Below, in pieces: positions 30,337 through 41,501 of a stretch of DNA of 64,000 nt. Source of the DNA: an uncultured Chroococcidiopsis sp. (GTDB lineage: Bacteria; Cyanobacteriota; Cyanobacteriia; Cyanobacteriales; Chroococcidiopsidaceae); assembly GCA_964248365.1 (NCBI GenBank), contig CAXTYC010000001.1, forward strand, positions 192,001 through 256,000, written 5' to 3'. The notes under the pieces were generated by a model. The model had not been told where the DNA came from. It searched no databases and was given only the letters and a program-made list of their open reading frames with translations. The position numbers were made by a program, and so were the translations under genes. Each line of letters starts with the position of its first letter. The first letter of the stretch is position 1.

Positions 30337-31884
30337 ATGGCAAAGGCTAAAACCTACTACGTTTGTAATGAATGCGGAGCAGAATCACCCCAATGGTTCG
30401 GCAAGTGTCCCGCCTGTGGCACATACAATTCCTTAGAAGAACAACTTGCTTCGTCCAATGCAGTACCAAGTCGGGGAGTAAGTTGGCAAGCGGCTGCTGG
30501 TAATGGTAAATCAATTACTAAGGTAGCCAAAGCTCGCGCTTCTCTGACATTTGACCAAATTAGCGATCGCACTGTAACTCGTTGGGTTTCTGGCTATGAA
30601 GAACTAGATCGAGTTCTAGGCGGTGGGATTGTTCCAGGTTCTTTGGTATTAATTGGCGGCGATCCTGGCATTGGCAAATCAACCCTGCTGCTGCAAGTTT
30701 CCAATCAACTAGCACAAAATTATCGCATCCTTTATGTTTGCGGGGAAGAATCAGGACAACAGGTAAAGTTAAGAGCTTCTCGCCTGGGAGTTACCAACTC
30801 GACTAATGATACCGATGACGAGGAAGTAGTAAAAACACCATCGCCAGCACTACCAACAGTTGTACACTCCCAACATCCGCCTTCCCAAATAGAACGGGGA
30901 AACCAGGCAGCTGGTGCAGATTTATATGTTTTGCCAGAAACGGATCTCGAAGAGGTTCTGCGGGAAATAGATTCACTCAAACCAAATGTGGCGGTGATTG
31001 ATAGTATTCAAACAGTGTATTTTCCCGCTTTAACTTCTGCACCTGGATCAGTTGCTCAGGTACGTGAATGTACTGCGGCGTTGATGCAAGTAGCAAAACG
31101 CGAAGATATTACAATGTTGATTGTGGGACACGTAACGAAAGAAGGAGCGATCGCAGGTCCCAAAGTATTAGAGCATTTAGTTGATACAGTACTGTATTTT
31201 GAAGGCGATCGCTTTGCTTCTCATCGTCTGCTGCGAACTGTGAAAAACCGCTTCGGCGCAACTCACGAAATCGGTATCTTTGAAATGGTTGATCGAGGGC
31301 TGCGGGAAGTCTCCAACCCCTCAGAAATATTTTTGGGCAACCGCAATGAACCCGCACCAGGGACAGCGCTTGTGGTAGCCTGTGAAGGAACTCGACCAAT
31401 AGTAGTTGAACTGCAAGCCTTGGTGAGTCCGACTAGTTACTCCTCGCCGCGTCGTTCTACGACTGGAATTGACTATAATCGACTGCTGCAAATTTTGGCA
31501 GTGTTGGAAAAAAGAGTAGGCATTCCTTTATCGAAATTAGATTCTTATGTAGCATCAGCTGGGGGATTGAATGTAGAGGAGCCAGCTGTAGATTTAGGAG
31601 TAGCGATCGCTGTTGTTGCTTCTTTCCGCGATCGCATTGTCGATCAGGGTACTGTATTAATCGGTGAAGTAGGATTGGGTGGGCAAGTACGCCCAGTTTC
31701 CCAAATGGAACTACGTTTGAAAGAAGCTGCTAAGCTAGGATTTAAGCGGGCAATTGTTCCCAAAGGGCAAACCTTCCCTGATGTAGATTTAGAAATTATC
31801 CCCGTCGCAAAGGTAATCGATGCAATCATCGCTGCTATCCCGCCACAAAGCTTTTCAGAATCGGACTTGGAAGAAGAAGAATAG
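30337..31884 (+). CDS. radA: DNA repair protein RadA/Sms
   Basis: CNEC/CPAC zinc finger, GDPGIGKST, KNRFG, Lon-like C-terminus. Confidence 0.97.
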   Translation: MAKAKTYYVCNECGAESPQWFGKCPACGTYNSLEEQLASSNAVPSRGVSWQAAAGNGKSITKVAKARASLTFDQISDRTVTRWVSGYEELDRVLGGGIVPGSLVLIGGDPGIGKSTLLLQVSNQLAQNYRILYVCGEESGQQVKLRASRLGVTNSTNDTDDEEVVKTPSPALPTVVHSQHPPSQIERGNQAAGADLYVLPETDLEEVLREIDSLKPNVAVIDSIQTVYFPALTSAPGSVAQVRECTAALMQVAKREDITMLIVGHVTKEGAIAGPKVLEHLVDTVLYFEGDRFASHRLLRTVKNRFGATHEIGIFEMVDRGLREVSNPSEIFLGNRNEPAPGTALVVACEGTRPIVVELQALVSPTSYSSPRRSTTGIDYNRLLQILAVLEKRVGIPLSKLDSYVASAGGLNVEEPAVDLGVAIAVVASFRDRIVDQGTVLIGEVGLGGQVRPVSQMELRLKEAAKLGFKRAIVPKGQTFPDVDLEIIPVAKVIDAIIAAIPPQSFSESDLEEEE

Positions 31885-31998
31885 TTATCTTTGGCTGCTT
31901 TGTGGCGGGGATAAATTTACTAGACACAAGAAAATAACAATCATTGCCAGCTACTGGTTTTGGTGTTAGACAAAATACATTGTGAATCGGGAGTAACA

Positions 31999-32262
31999 AT
32001 GGCAGATCAGCATGAATTTCTCTATCCGCGCAGTCGTTACTATGGCAAGGTTAAGCCAGAAAACTTGGTTTTCAATGCCAATTTACAAGAATTTGCCCAG
32101 CAGGTAAGTTACATTTGTAACTTAGAAACATCTGGAAAACTTTCTCCCGACGAAGCTTATCAAAAAGTTCGTAGTCTTTGGAAGCAGCTCAAAAAGACAA
32201 AAAAACAGTTAGGAATTGGTGAAAACCCTTTCCAAGTCGATCAAGGGGAAGATCAAAGCTAA
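31999..32262 (+). CDS. Conserved cyanobacterial hypothetical protein
   Basis: FLYPRSRYYG...PENLVFNANLQEFAQ...ICNLETSGK motif; ATG at 31999 with GGAG upstream. Confidence 0.75.
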   Translation: MADQHEFLYPRSRYYGKVKPENLVFNANLQEFAQQVSYICNLETSGKLSPDEAYQKVRSLWKQLKKTKKQLGIGENPFQVDQGEDQS

Positions 32263-32309
32263 AAAGGCTACTGTGAGAAAAAAAGTAAAATACAACTCCC
32301 AGACTGATA

Positions 32310-32338
32310 CTAGTTCCCAGGCTGAGCCTGGGAATGAG
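32310..32338. repeat. REP-like palindrome (TTCCCAGGC-TGA-GCCTGGGAA)
   Basis: 9-bp perfect arms; related copies at 57069-57111 and degenerate near 54255. Confidence 0.75.
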
Positions 32339-32358
32339 AGAAAATGCGATCAAACAGT

Positions 32359-32423
32359 AGTAGAGGTGGGTTTACTCAAAGTATTTGTTGGAATTAGACT
32401 TTGTTGTTAAACCCGCCCCTACT
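32359..32423. repeat. REP-like inverted repeat, GTAGGGGCGGGTTT family
   Basis: AGTAGAGGTGGGTTT ... AAACCCGCCCCTACT; contains the sqdX stop codon. Confidence 0.75.
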
Positions 32424-33533
32424 TGTAGACTGAACAGTCTGATAATAATGTTGTAATTGACGAGTAGCAGCTGCCCATCCCCACCTTTCGGCTTCCAAAC
32501 GGGCGTTTTTACGAATGATTTCTCGCTCTTGTTTTTGCTCTAGCAAACGTTGAGTAGCAGCGATCGCTCCTTGTTCATCTTCTGGGTCAAATAAATAACC
32601 ATTCACTCCAGAAGTTACAATATCGGTAATCCCACCAGAATTAGCAGCCACGACGGGACATCCAGCAGCCATCGCCTCTAATAGCACTAATCCCAGAGTC
32701 TCAGTGCGAGAAGGAAAGATAAACGCATCTGCACAAGCAAAAGCTGAACCTAATTCTCGCCCTGTCAAATATCCGACAAAATGAGTATTAGTTCCAGCAA
32801 AGTATTTTTCTAGTGCAAGCCGATGGGGACCATCCCCAACTAAAGCTAAACGCGCATCGGGTATTGCTTCCAAAATTGGTTTGATCCGCTCAATTTCTTT
32901 TTCAGCCGAAAGACGACCAACATAGAGTAGCAAGGGACTTTCAGAATGACCTAGACTTAGGTGCTTACGCATCTTTTGACAAGCCAAATCGGGATGAAAC
33001 AACTCTGTATCTACTCCCCTTTGCCACAAGTCTACTCTTTCAATTCCATGTGCGCTTAATTCCTGCACCATAGCTGTCGAAGTACACAGATTCAAACGCG
33101 CCTGATTATGACTTACCTTGAGCAATTCCCACAATACCCCTTCGAGCATTCCTAAACCATAGTGCTGAAGATATTGAGGCAAATGAGTATGATAGGAAGC
33201 GATTAGGGGAATTTTTAGCACTTTGCCATAAAACAGCCCAGCCAATCCCAACACAGCGGGGTTAACAACATGAATAATATCCGGTTGAAATTTTTCCAGT
33301 TCATGACCAATAGCAGGTCTTGGCAATGCCATTTTCAACTCAGGATACAATGGCAACGGAAAGCCAGAAACACCGTAAACTTTCGCCCCTTTGTATTCTG
33401 TCATCCCACCATCCGGCGCTACAACCAGTACTTGATTGCCATTGCGCTGTAAATGATCGATTGTGTGGCTTAAGCGTGTAACAATACCATCAAGCTTGGG
33501 CAAAAACGTTTCGGTAAATAAGGCAATTCGCAT
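32394..33533 (-). CDS. sqdX: Sulfoquinovosyl transferase (GT4)
   Basis: MRIALFTETFLPKLDGIV, YHTH, YVGRLSAEK, ETLGLVLLEAMA; near sqdB. Confidence 0.88.
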   Translation of the reverse strand: MRIALFTETFLPKLDGIVTRLSHTIDHLQRNGNQVLVVAPDGGMTEYKGAKVYGVSGFPLPLYPELKMALPRPAIGHELEKFQPDIIHVVNPAVLGLAGLFYGKVLKIPLIASYHTHLPQYLQHYGLGMLEGVLWELLKVSHNQARLNLCTSTAMVQELSAHGIERVDLWQRGVDTELFHPDLACQKMRKHLSLGHSESPLLLYVGRLSAEKEIERIKPILEAIPDARLALVGDGPHRLALEKYFAGTNTHFVGYLTGRELGSAFACADAFIFPSRTETLGLVLLEAMAAGCPVVAANSGGITDIVTSGVNGYLFDPEDEQGAIAATQRLLEQKQEREIIRKNARLEAERWGWAAATRQLQHYYQTVQSTSRGGFNNKV

Positions 33534-33599
33534 ACACAGTTAGGCTGGGGGAACCAGTGTTGTTTTTACCATAAAGTGCGATCGCAATCGAGATCTTCT

Positions 33600-34232
33600 T
33601 TATATTGTCGATAATCCCAACTTTGTAGCAGTGTTAATATCAACGACTGGGTAGACTGTTTCGCGTGGTATGTATAATTGCGCACACTCAGACTTAATGT
33701 TTTGTCGCTGATGTACAAACTGAGAAATGTCCTCAATCTTGACAATCCAATCTTGGGCATAGGCATCGAGTACACTACCACGTAAACCTAACTGAATTGC
33801 CCTACGTTCCAATCTTGCGCCTGAAGGATGTCGGTCCCGGTCCCATTGTAAGCGTACAAGCGAAGTCTTCACGGCTTTTGACCATTCGCTTTCACTCGCA
33901 TACACCTCTGGTTCAAACTTGGAATGAACAGCCCCAGCCAAAATATCATCAAAAGCGGCACGTTTAATCCAAACCGCCAGCACCACTTCTTGTCCTTCTT
34001 TCATCCCCCATCCCGAACGATACATCATCCAAAGAAAGTTGGGTTTTATCCAACTCATCCGGTGGAGATTAAATTCCCCACCAAAATAACCGTGTGTAGC
34101 GGCATTACCAATTGCTGGGCGATAAGCTTGGTAAACGACAACAGATTCTTGGTCAAACTGTGCTATAATGCAGCGACCTGATTTAGGTAAGCGGCTGACT
34201 TGTTCTAAATACGATTCTGTTACTAGCTGCAT
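33600..34232 (-). CDS. DUF4291-family protein
   Basis: VVYQAY, RMSWIKPNFLWMMYRSGW, VRLQWD, RRAIQLGLRG. Confidence 0.85.
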   Translation of the reverse strand: MQLVTESYLEQVSRLPKSGRCIIAQFDQESVVVYQAYRPAIGNAATHGYFGGEFNLHRMSWIKPNFLWMMYRSGWGMKEGQEVVLAVWIKRAAFDDILAGAVHSKFEPEVYASESEWSKAVKTSLVRLQWDRDRHPSGARLERRAIQLGLRGSVLDAYAQDWIVKIEDISQFVHQRQNIKSECAQLYIPRETVYPVVDINTATKLGLSTI

Positions 34233-34503
34233 CCTTTGTAGACATCTTGCAAAAGTACCAATTACCTCACCTTCGGGCTGATATTAGACTTCTTGCATAA
34301 ATTTTACAGCGCGCTCCTTTTTGCGTCCGAACGATCGCGCCTTTGCACGGACACTTTGCTCAAGTCGGGAAACCCGCTATCGCTTGTGTCCTTGTCTTTG
34401 CGCGAAACAAAAAAAGACGAGGGCTAGTAGCGGCTATACCAGATAGTACAACCGCCAGTAACAGCACCGATCGCATAGAATTTATACCAGTCTCAGACAG
34501 CGC

Positions 34504-35667
<1,164 letters not shown>

Positions 35668-35720
35668 TTACTCGCTGATATTCGCTAAATCTACCGTATT
35701 TTGTCACCCCTTTTGGACAA

Positions 35721-35756
35721 GCTGGGGTAGCTGGGGTAGCTGGGGTAGCTGGGGTA
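35721..35756. repeat. (GCTGGGGTA) x4 tandem repeat
   Basis: Four exact 9-mer copies in the divergent sqdB/RHH intergenic region. Confidence 0.9.
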
Positions 35757-35919
35757 GAAAAGCTCTCTGCTTCCTCTAGCCCCTGCGCCAAAGCCTCTAG
35801 CTCCTCTAATATGAACAAATGTAACAATATTGCCATCAAAACGTTTCACCATCTTGACACCAAAAAGGGAAGCCGATAATGTGATATACATACCCGGGTA
35901 AGACGACTGAAAAAAAAAT

Positions 35920-36255
35920 ATGCAAGCTAAGCAAAAGGTTACGTTGTATTTGTCGCCAGAACTGCATAGGCGTCTTAAAATCAGAGCCGCAATCGACTCC
36001 GAGCCAATGTCAGAACTCGCCGCACGTGCCATTGCTTTCTACCTCAGTCACCCAGAAGTGGTTGATGAAACGGAAGCCCTATATGGTCGGACTCATCAAG
36101 TATATGCTTGTCCAGAGTGTGCTACTTCGGTAGCCTTGCGAGATGGCGAACTAATATCCCTTTCCAACCAGCCTGGAGTAGTTCAAGAGCCGACTACTGT
36201 AGAGCAAGTTGCTTCAACATCCCAAGAAGGTCAATTAGTTCCTTGTTTGTCATAG
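35920..36255 (+). CDS. Ribbon-helix-helix-like protein with a CxxC motif
   Basis: KQKVTLYLSPELHRRLKIRAA strand-helix-helix pattern, CPEC; upstream of ycf46. Confidence 0.75.
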   Translation: MQAKQKVTLYLSPELHRRLKIRAAIDSEPMSELAARAIAFYLSHPEVVDETEALYGRTHQVYACPECATSVALRDGELISLSNQPGVVQEPTTVEQVASTSQEGQLVPCLS

Positions 36256-36360
36256 ACTGCGCGCTTCATAAGGAGCGGCAACAGCTTGAAACAAGCGTTG
36301 TAAACTCAGCAATAACACTGTCTGTACCATCTTTATTCGGTCAAAAGTAGGTCAAAGGCA

Positions 36361-37869
36361 ATGAAAGAAGAGCTAAACATCCTAATACAAGCTCAATACC
36401 CTCTAATCTACCTTGTGACCTCCGAGGAAGAACGGGCTGAGCAGGCAATTGCAATGATCGCGCAGTTAAGACCGCAAAGGCGGATATACATCTGGACAGT
36501 GACACACGGGATTGTAGAACATGGACAACCCCGAAATGTGACTCAACATAATACTGTGTCACCAGAAGCAGCGATTGAATGGGTAATTCGCCAAAGAGAG
36601 CCAAGTATATTTATATTTAAAGATTTACACCCATTTATTGAAGCGCCAGTAACAACAAGATGGTTGCGTGATGCGATCGCCTCTTTTAAAGGCACACAAA
36701 AAACCATCATGCTGATGTCGCCATTGCAGCTAGTTCCTGCCGAACTAGAGAAGGAAGTTGTAGTATTAGATTTCCCACTGCCAGACATGACAGAACTCAA
36801 TCAAGTTCTAGATCGGCAGTTAGAGCAAAACCGTAATCGTCGGCTGACTACAGATGGGCGGGAAAAGCTATTAAAAGCGGCTTTGGGCTTAACAAAAGAC
36901 GAAGCGGAAAAAGTATATCGGAAAGCGCAAGTTACTGCTGGACATCTTTCAGAAAATGAAGTAGATGTCGTCTTATCTGAGAAAAAGCAGTTAATTCGAC
37001 GCAACGGCATTCTGGAATACATGGAAGAAGATGCAACAATTGATGCCGTTGGCGGATTAGATGAACTGAAGCGGTGGCTTAAACAACGTTCCAACGCTTT
37101 TACAGAAAGAGCAAGGGAATACGGTTTGCCTCAACCAAAGGGAATGCTGATTTTGGGAGTACCAGGCTGTGGCAAGTCCCTGATTGCTAAAACAACATCT
37201 CGGCTGTGGGGCTTACCACTGTTGCGGCTAGATATGGGGCGAGTTTATGATGGTTCGATGGTAGGACGCTCTGAAGCTAACCTACGTAACGCCCTCAAAA
37301 CAGCAGAATCAATTTCCCCAGCAATTTTATTCATTGATGAGTTAGATAAAGCCTTTGCTGGTACTGCTGGTTCAGGTGACTCAGACGGTGGCACATCCAG
37401 CCGGATCTTTGGTTCTTTCCTCACCTGGATGCAAGAAAAAACATCTCCAGTGTTTGTCATGGCAACGGCTAACCGTGTTGAAAGGTTGCCTGGAGAGTTC
37501 TTGCGTAAGGGACGTTTTGACGAAATTTTCTTTGTCGATTTACCCACTACGGAAGAGCGCAAAGAAATCTTTAAAATTCACCTAAACAAGCGTAAACGAG
37601 ATATTACTCGCTTCGACCTCGATCAACTGGCTAAAATTGCCGACGGTTTTTCAGGAGCAGAAATTGAGCAAGCGCTAATTGCCGCTATGTACGATGCTTT
37701 TGCTCAAGATCGAGAGTTTACGCAACTAGATATTATTGCTGCTATAAAAGCGACGCTGCCTTTGTCACGGACAATGACAGAGCAAGTGACAGCCTTGAGA
37801 GATTGGGCTCGCCAGCGCGCCAGACCAGCAGCAGCCTCCGTCGCTGAATATCAGCGAATGGAGTTTTAA
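36361..37869 (+). CDS. ycf46: AAA-family ATPase, Ycf46-like
   Basis: YPLIY..T.EE.R N-terminus, GVPGCGKS, FIDELDK, ATAN, RKGRFDEIFFVDLP. Confidence 0.88.
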   Translation: MKEELNILIQAQYPLIYLVTSEEERAEQAIAMIAQLRPQRRIYIWTVTHGIVEHGQPRNVTQHNTVSPEAAIEWVIRQREPSIFIFKDLHPFIEAPVTTRWLRDAIASFKGTQKTIMLMSPLQLVPAELEKEVVVLDFPLPDMTELNQVLDRQLEQNRNRRLTTDGREKLLKAALGLTKDEAEKVYRKAQVTAGHLSENEVDVVLSEKKQLIRRNGILEYMEEDATIDAVGGLDELKRWLKQRSNAFTERAREYGLPQPKGMLILGVPGCGKSLIAKTTSRLWGLPLLRLDMGRVYDGSMVGRSEANLRNALKTAESISPAILFIDELDKAFAGTAGSGDSDGGTSSRIFGSFLTWMQEKTSPVFVMATANRVERLPGEFLRKGRFDEIFFVDLPTTEERKEIFKIHLNKRKRDITRFDLDQLAKIADGFSGAEIEQALIAAMYDAFAQDREFTQLDIIAAIKATLPLSRTMTEQVTALRDWARQRARPAAASVAEYQRMEF

Positions 37870-37871
37870 AA

Positions 37872-37990
37872 GCTTTCTCCTACTACCACAGGGGGAAAGG
37901 CTAGCAACGCTAGCAAATGACAAAACGCCGCGATTGTAATCCCATTCCAAAACGAGCGCGGCTAACCTAAACCAAACCGTTGTCGTTGAT
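37872..37990 (+). ncRNA. Putative structured intercistronic RNA
   Basis: Three stems: CTTTCTCCT/GGGGGAAAG; GCTAGC/GCTAGC; AATGACAA..GCCGCG/CGCGGC..TTGTCGTT. Confidence 0.35.
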
Positions 37991-38018
37991 CTCTATTTTC
38001 CTTTAGGAGGAATCCCAA

Positions 38019-38372
38019 ATGTCTCATTTTAGCACCCTGCGTACCAAAATCACCGAAGTTGAAATCCTCAAGGCTTCCCTGCGCGACTTGGGAATCAACG
38101 TTAAGACCGAAGCTGACGTTCGTGGCTACAATGGTCAGCGGGTTCGCGCCGACTTGGTGGCAGTATTGGAAGGTGAATACGATCTAGGCTGGTCACGCAA
38201 CAGCGATGGTTCTTTTGACCTAATCGCTGACTTGTGGGGCGTTGCTAAGAAGCACAATCAAACTGAGTTGATCAACTCGATCAATCAGAAGTATGCAGTT
38301 AACAAGACCTTGGCTGAAGTCAAGCAGCGCGGTTTGCAAAACGCCAACGTCAAGTTGGTTGTGCAAAAGTAA
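38019..38372 (+). CDS. DUF1257 / Ycf35-like protein
   Basis: MSHFSTLRTKI, VRGYNGQ, DLIADLW, QKYA; AGGAGG SD. Confidence 0.9.
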   Translation: MSHFSTLRTKITEVEILKASLRDLGINVKTEADVRGYNGQRVRADLVAVLEGEYDLGWSRNSDGSFDLIADLWGVAKKHNQTELINSINQKYAVNKTLAEVKQRGLQNANVKLVVQK

Positions 38373-38397
38373 GTTATCTGCGCGTTCCCAAGCTTGC

Positions 38398-38434
38398 GGG
38401 TTAACCAGGATTTTTAGGGGTTAGCCCCTTTTTT
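38398..38434 (+). terminator. Intrinsic terminator
   Basis: GGGTTAACC/GGTTAGCCC stem followed by a T6 run after the DUF1257 gene. Confidence 0.7.
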
Positions 38435-38540
38435 ATTAGCCATTAGTTATTAGCTTTTAGCTATTAGCTAATGGTTAATTTGTTATTTAGACCTCCTGTG
38501 GGCATTCAGATACCTTTTAACGTGAATTCAAAATCAAACT

Positions 38541-39009
38541 TTGACAGAACAGCTTTACCCCTTCTGGCTTGATCGAGAATTGATTGACGATCTCTTGCCT
38601 TGACAGGAAGGTAAAGAAATAACATTTAGAGATTTTAATAAAAGATATACATTACATGATTCCTACTGGATAGGTATTTTATATGATGTTGCATACGAAC
38701 AAGCTGTAACATTAGCGATTGTGTGGGATGCACTCAAAACTGCCAGATAAAATTAAGGAAAGTATGTCTGTAGTAAATGAGTATCCCTATCTGCTGATAC
38801 GATTAACAGGTGTAGATTCGGTAAGTACAGCTAATTATGCGGATATTGGATGGATTTCTAGAGCAATAGCTGGGTGCGAAATTGAACAGGTGGAAGGAAA
38901 GAAGTTTTTAGTTATTGACGATGTGTATGGAGGGCAAATTAATATCATCTACAAGGGTAAAGAAATATTCTTGGCGCTAGAAAAAGACAAAAGTATTTTG
39001 AAGATTTGA
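38541..39009 (+). pseudogene. Degraded hypothetical gene (nonsense codon and frameshift)
   Basis: LTEQLYPFWLDRELIDDLLP*QEGKEITFRDFNKRYTLHDSYWIG...VWDA, then a frameshift near 38735 into LPDKIKES...ILKI (the ORF-track 38719 frame). Confidence 0.6.
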
Positions 39010-39047
39010 AATTGGGCATTGGTATGAATGCGATCGCATCATGTTCT

Positions 39048-39128
39048 GTCTAACACCTTGCTTTGGATCGATTGGTTTAAACTTGATTAAGATGCGCTCG
39101 TTATCTTTGATAAGTTCTACCGTTAGGC
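39048..39128 (+). other. Degenerate attC-like site
   Basis: GTCTAAC (RYYYAAC) at 39048 and GTTAGGC (GTTRRRY) at 39122, 81 bp overall; inner L boxes pair poorly. Confidence 0.35.
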
Positions 39129-39177
39129 TACCAGTATTTGGTTCGTCCTACTTGAAGAGTTATGTTAGATTAAGTCC

Positions 39178-39464
39178 ATGAATTTCGAGTGGGACGAACG
39201 CAAGAACGAAGCCAATGTTGCCAAGCATGGTTTCGACTTTACCGATGCGCAACAAGTTTTTGATTTGCCAATGGTTGTCGATCTCGATTGCCGAGAAGAT
39301 TATGGTGAAGATCGATGGATTGGGACTGCTTTGCTGGATGGAGGGTGGTTGTAGTAGTATACACCGAGCCTGACGAGAAGACAGTTCGCATTATTTTATT
39401 ACGAAAAGCACTTTCTCATGAACGAAAACGATATGAGCAATACCTCAAAGACCGATTGGTCTAG
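39178..39464 (+). pseudogene. BrnT-family toxin, frameshifted
   Basis: MNFEWDERKNEANVAKHGFDF...EDYGEDRWIG; 1-nt frameshift near 39342, then continues VVVVYTEPDEKTVRIILLRKALSHERKRY; absent from the ORF track. Confidence 0.85.
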
Positions 39465-39705
39465 AATTGACGCGATGACTGATGAGGATATCGATACCTC
39501 TGATATCCCGCCTCTGTCAGATGAGTTCTTTGCAAAAGCAAAATTGCGTCTTCCATCCACACAAGCAACGGTTGCTGTTCGTGTAGATCCTGAGACTCTC
39601 GCATGGTTTCAGCTACAAGGTGAGTCAGCCCAACGCCACATGGCTGCTGCGTTGCGAATCTATGCGGAGGCACAGAAATATACCCATTCGCGCAAATCAG
39701 CGTAA
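39433..39705 (+). CDS. BrnA-family antitoxin
   Basis: KTDWSRIDAMTDEDIDTSDIPPL, VRVDPETLAWF; overlaps the 3' end of BrnT. Confidence 0.85.
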   Translation: MSNTSKTDWSRIDAMTDEDIDTSDIPPLSDEFFAKAKLRLPSTQATVAVRVDPETLAWFQLQGESAQRHMAAALRIYAEAQKYTHSRKSA

Positions 39706-39797
39706 CACAACACTGCACCAGACGGGTAAACGCTCAATTTATGATCTGAAGACGACAAAAAAGCGATCGCGCTTCGCGCACACTACGTAAACGCGCT

Positions 39798-40349
39798 ATG
39801 ACCGTAACCGCAGCTAAATGGACGATAGACGAGTATCACCGGATGATTGCAGCTGGCATCTTGGACAATCGGCGTGTGGAATTGCTGAAGGGAGAAATAG
39901 TAGAGATGCCGCCGGAAGGAGAGGAACACGCTTATTTTAGTAGCGAAGCTGGGGAATATCTGATGCGGTTATTAGGCGATCGCGCCTCTGTTCGCGCACC
40001 TAAGCCGATTACGCTTGCTAACGATTCCGAACCCGAACCCGATCTTGCCATTGTACAACGGCTAGGGCGTGAATACCTAGAGCATCACCCATATCCTGAA
40101 AATATTTTCTAGCTGATTGAATATTCCGATTCCAGCTTAGACAAAGACCTAGAGACGAAAACTAAAGTCTATGCCCAAGTTAGAACCCCTGAGTACTGCG
40201 TAGTCAACCTCAACAAGAGACAACTTATAGTATTTCGAGATCCCCAAGATGGCGAATATGCTTCCAAGTCCACATTGACAAGAGGAACAATTTACCCATT
40301 GGCTTTTCCAAATGTGGCTGTATCGGTAGATTTGATTGTCAGCAATTAG
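39798..40349 (+). pseudogene. Uma2-family endonuclease with an internal stop
   Basis: WTIDEYHRM, ELLKGEIVEM, PEPDLAIV; TAG at 40110-40112, then the frame continues LIEYSDSSLDKDLETKTKVYA...EYCVVNL to TAG at 40349. Confidence 0.88.
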
Positions 40350-41374
40350 AAGCTTAGGGATTGGGTTGATTTTACTATCTGCATTCCAGCCTTTGCAAAC
40401 CTCTCAAATGCAGCTTCAGCTTGTTCTGTGTAATCTACAACGCCAGGGACGACTACAGGGGATGTGCAATCTTCCAAAAGATAGATTTTTTTAGCAAGCG
40501 TGGGATCTACTTGCTCAATTTCAGTTAATAAATCATTAACTGTCCAGGCGACACAGTGACTTTTAGCTTGACCTGCGACGATAACAGCATCAAATTCTAA
40601 CAGTTGTTGAATCAGGCGTGAGTTTTTTTGGGCAATAGGGTGTCCGTCAGCCCCTTCCAAAACTTCTGGACGTAAAACAGAATAGTTCTCAGTTAAGGGA
40701 TTGTTACCTTTTATTTCAAACTGTGTTTGGCTGTCACGAACTATGCAATGAAAAAATACTGCTTCCTCGACGGATGAAACCAAAGCATGACCGATACCCC
40801 CTAGCATGGAATGGTAGAACCATACAGTCAAAGGATATTTGCCATGTTGACTCAGTTGATTGACATAATGCAGGGCGTGTGCGTGTAAGGTTTCGTAGTC
40901 GCACTTGAGACTGTAAGCAACTGCTGGGTTGACTTTCCAGATACCTTGCTCGATGTCTTTTGGTGTGATATTGGTAGCAGCAGGAATAGGGTGTTCTCCA
41001 TCGGCGTTGATCCAGAAGATAGGATGGAAAATTTGCATGGCTGTGTGGGTGTCAAGAGTGGGGGCGATCGCGCTAATCACGCCCAAATTGTGATATATAA
41101 ACTCACACAGCCGCTTGTTATCATCTACTGCACCATTACCAGACTGCCCACCTACAAATAATTCAAAGCCAGGAATACAAAAGGTATTTTGCACATCAAT
41201 CAATAGTAGGCAAATTTGCGTTTTATCCTCAGAAGCTGGTTTGATCTTGTGTTTTTTCGCCCATTCTCTCGCTTCATCCGCCCTTTGTTGGTAAGGTACG
41301 CGCCAGACTTCGCCTACTTTTTCAGGTTTAAAGTGACTCGGAATTGGTAGGTGGGCTATTGTCTGTGTGTTCAT
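40346..41374 (-). CDS. Isochorismatase/nicotinamidase-like cysteine hydrolase
   Basis: [17 protein letters not shown]...[20 protein letters not shown]. Confidence 0.85.
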   Translation of the reverse strand: MNTQTIAHLPIPSHFKPEKVGEVWRVPYQQRADEAREWAKKHKIKPASEDKTQICLLLIDVQNTFCIPGFELFVGGQSGNGAVDDNKRLCEFIYHNLGVISAIAPTLDTHTAMQIFHPIFWINADGEHPIPAATNITPKDIEQGIWKVNPAVAYSLKCDYETLHAHALHYVNQLSQHGKYPLTVWFYHSMLGGIGHALVSSVEEAVFFHCIVRDSQTQFEIKGNNPLTENYSVLRPEVLEGADGHPIAQKNSRLIQQLLEFDAVIVAGQAKSHCVAWTVNDLLTEIEQVDPTLAKKIYLLEDCTSPVVVPGVVDYTEQAEAAFERFAKAGMQIVKSTQSLSF

Positions 41375-41501
41375 AGGGCATCTGTAAAGTGAGGTTGGCA
41401 AATAGTCTGTGCGGGTTTAACCTAGATCTTGGTAAAAAATGATGTAATAGCGATCGCGCCCCTACCGCCTATAATCAGTAAGTCCTATCTCTATTTTGGT
41501 A

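Noticed and set aside
30160..30337. HLR1 (RpaB) site in the rpaB/radA spacer
   Set aside because: Only one good TTTACAAA half-site; the partner repeat is too degenerate to call
30790..30915. Insertion in RadA as an intein
   Set aside because: Only about 40 aa of low-complexity linker with no C-terminal His-Asn splice motif
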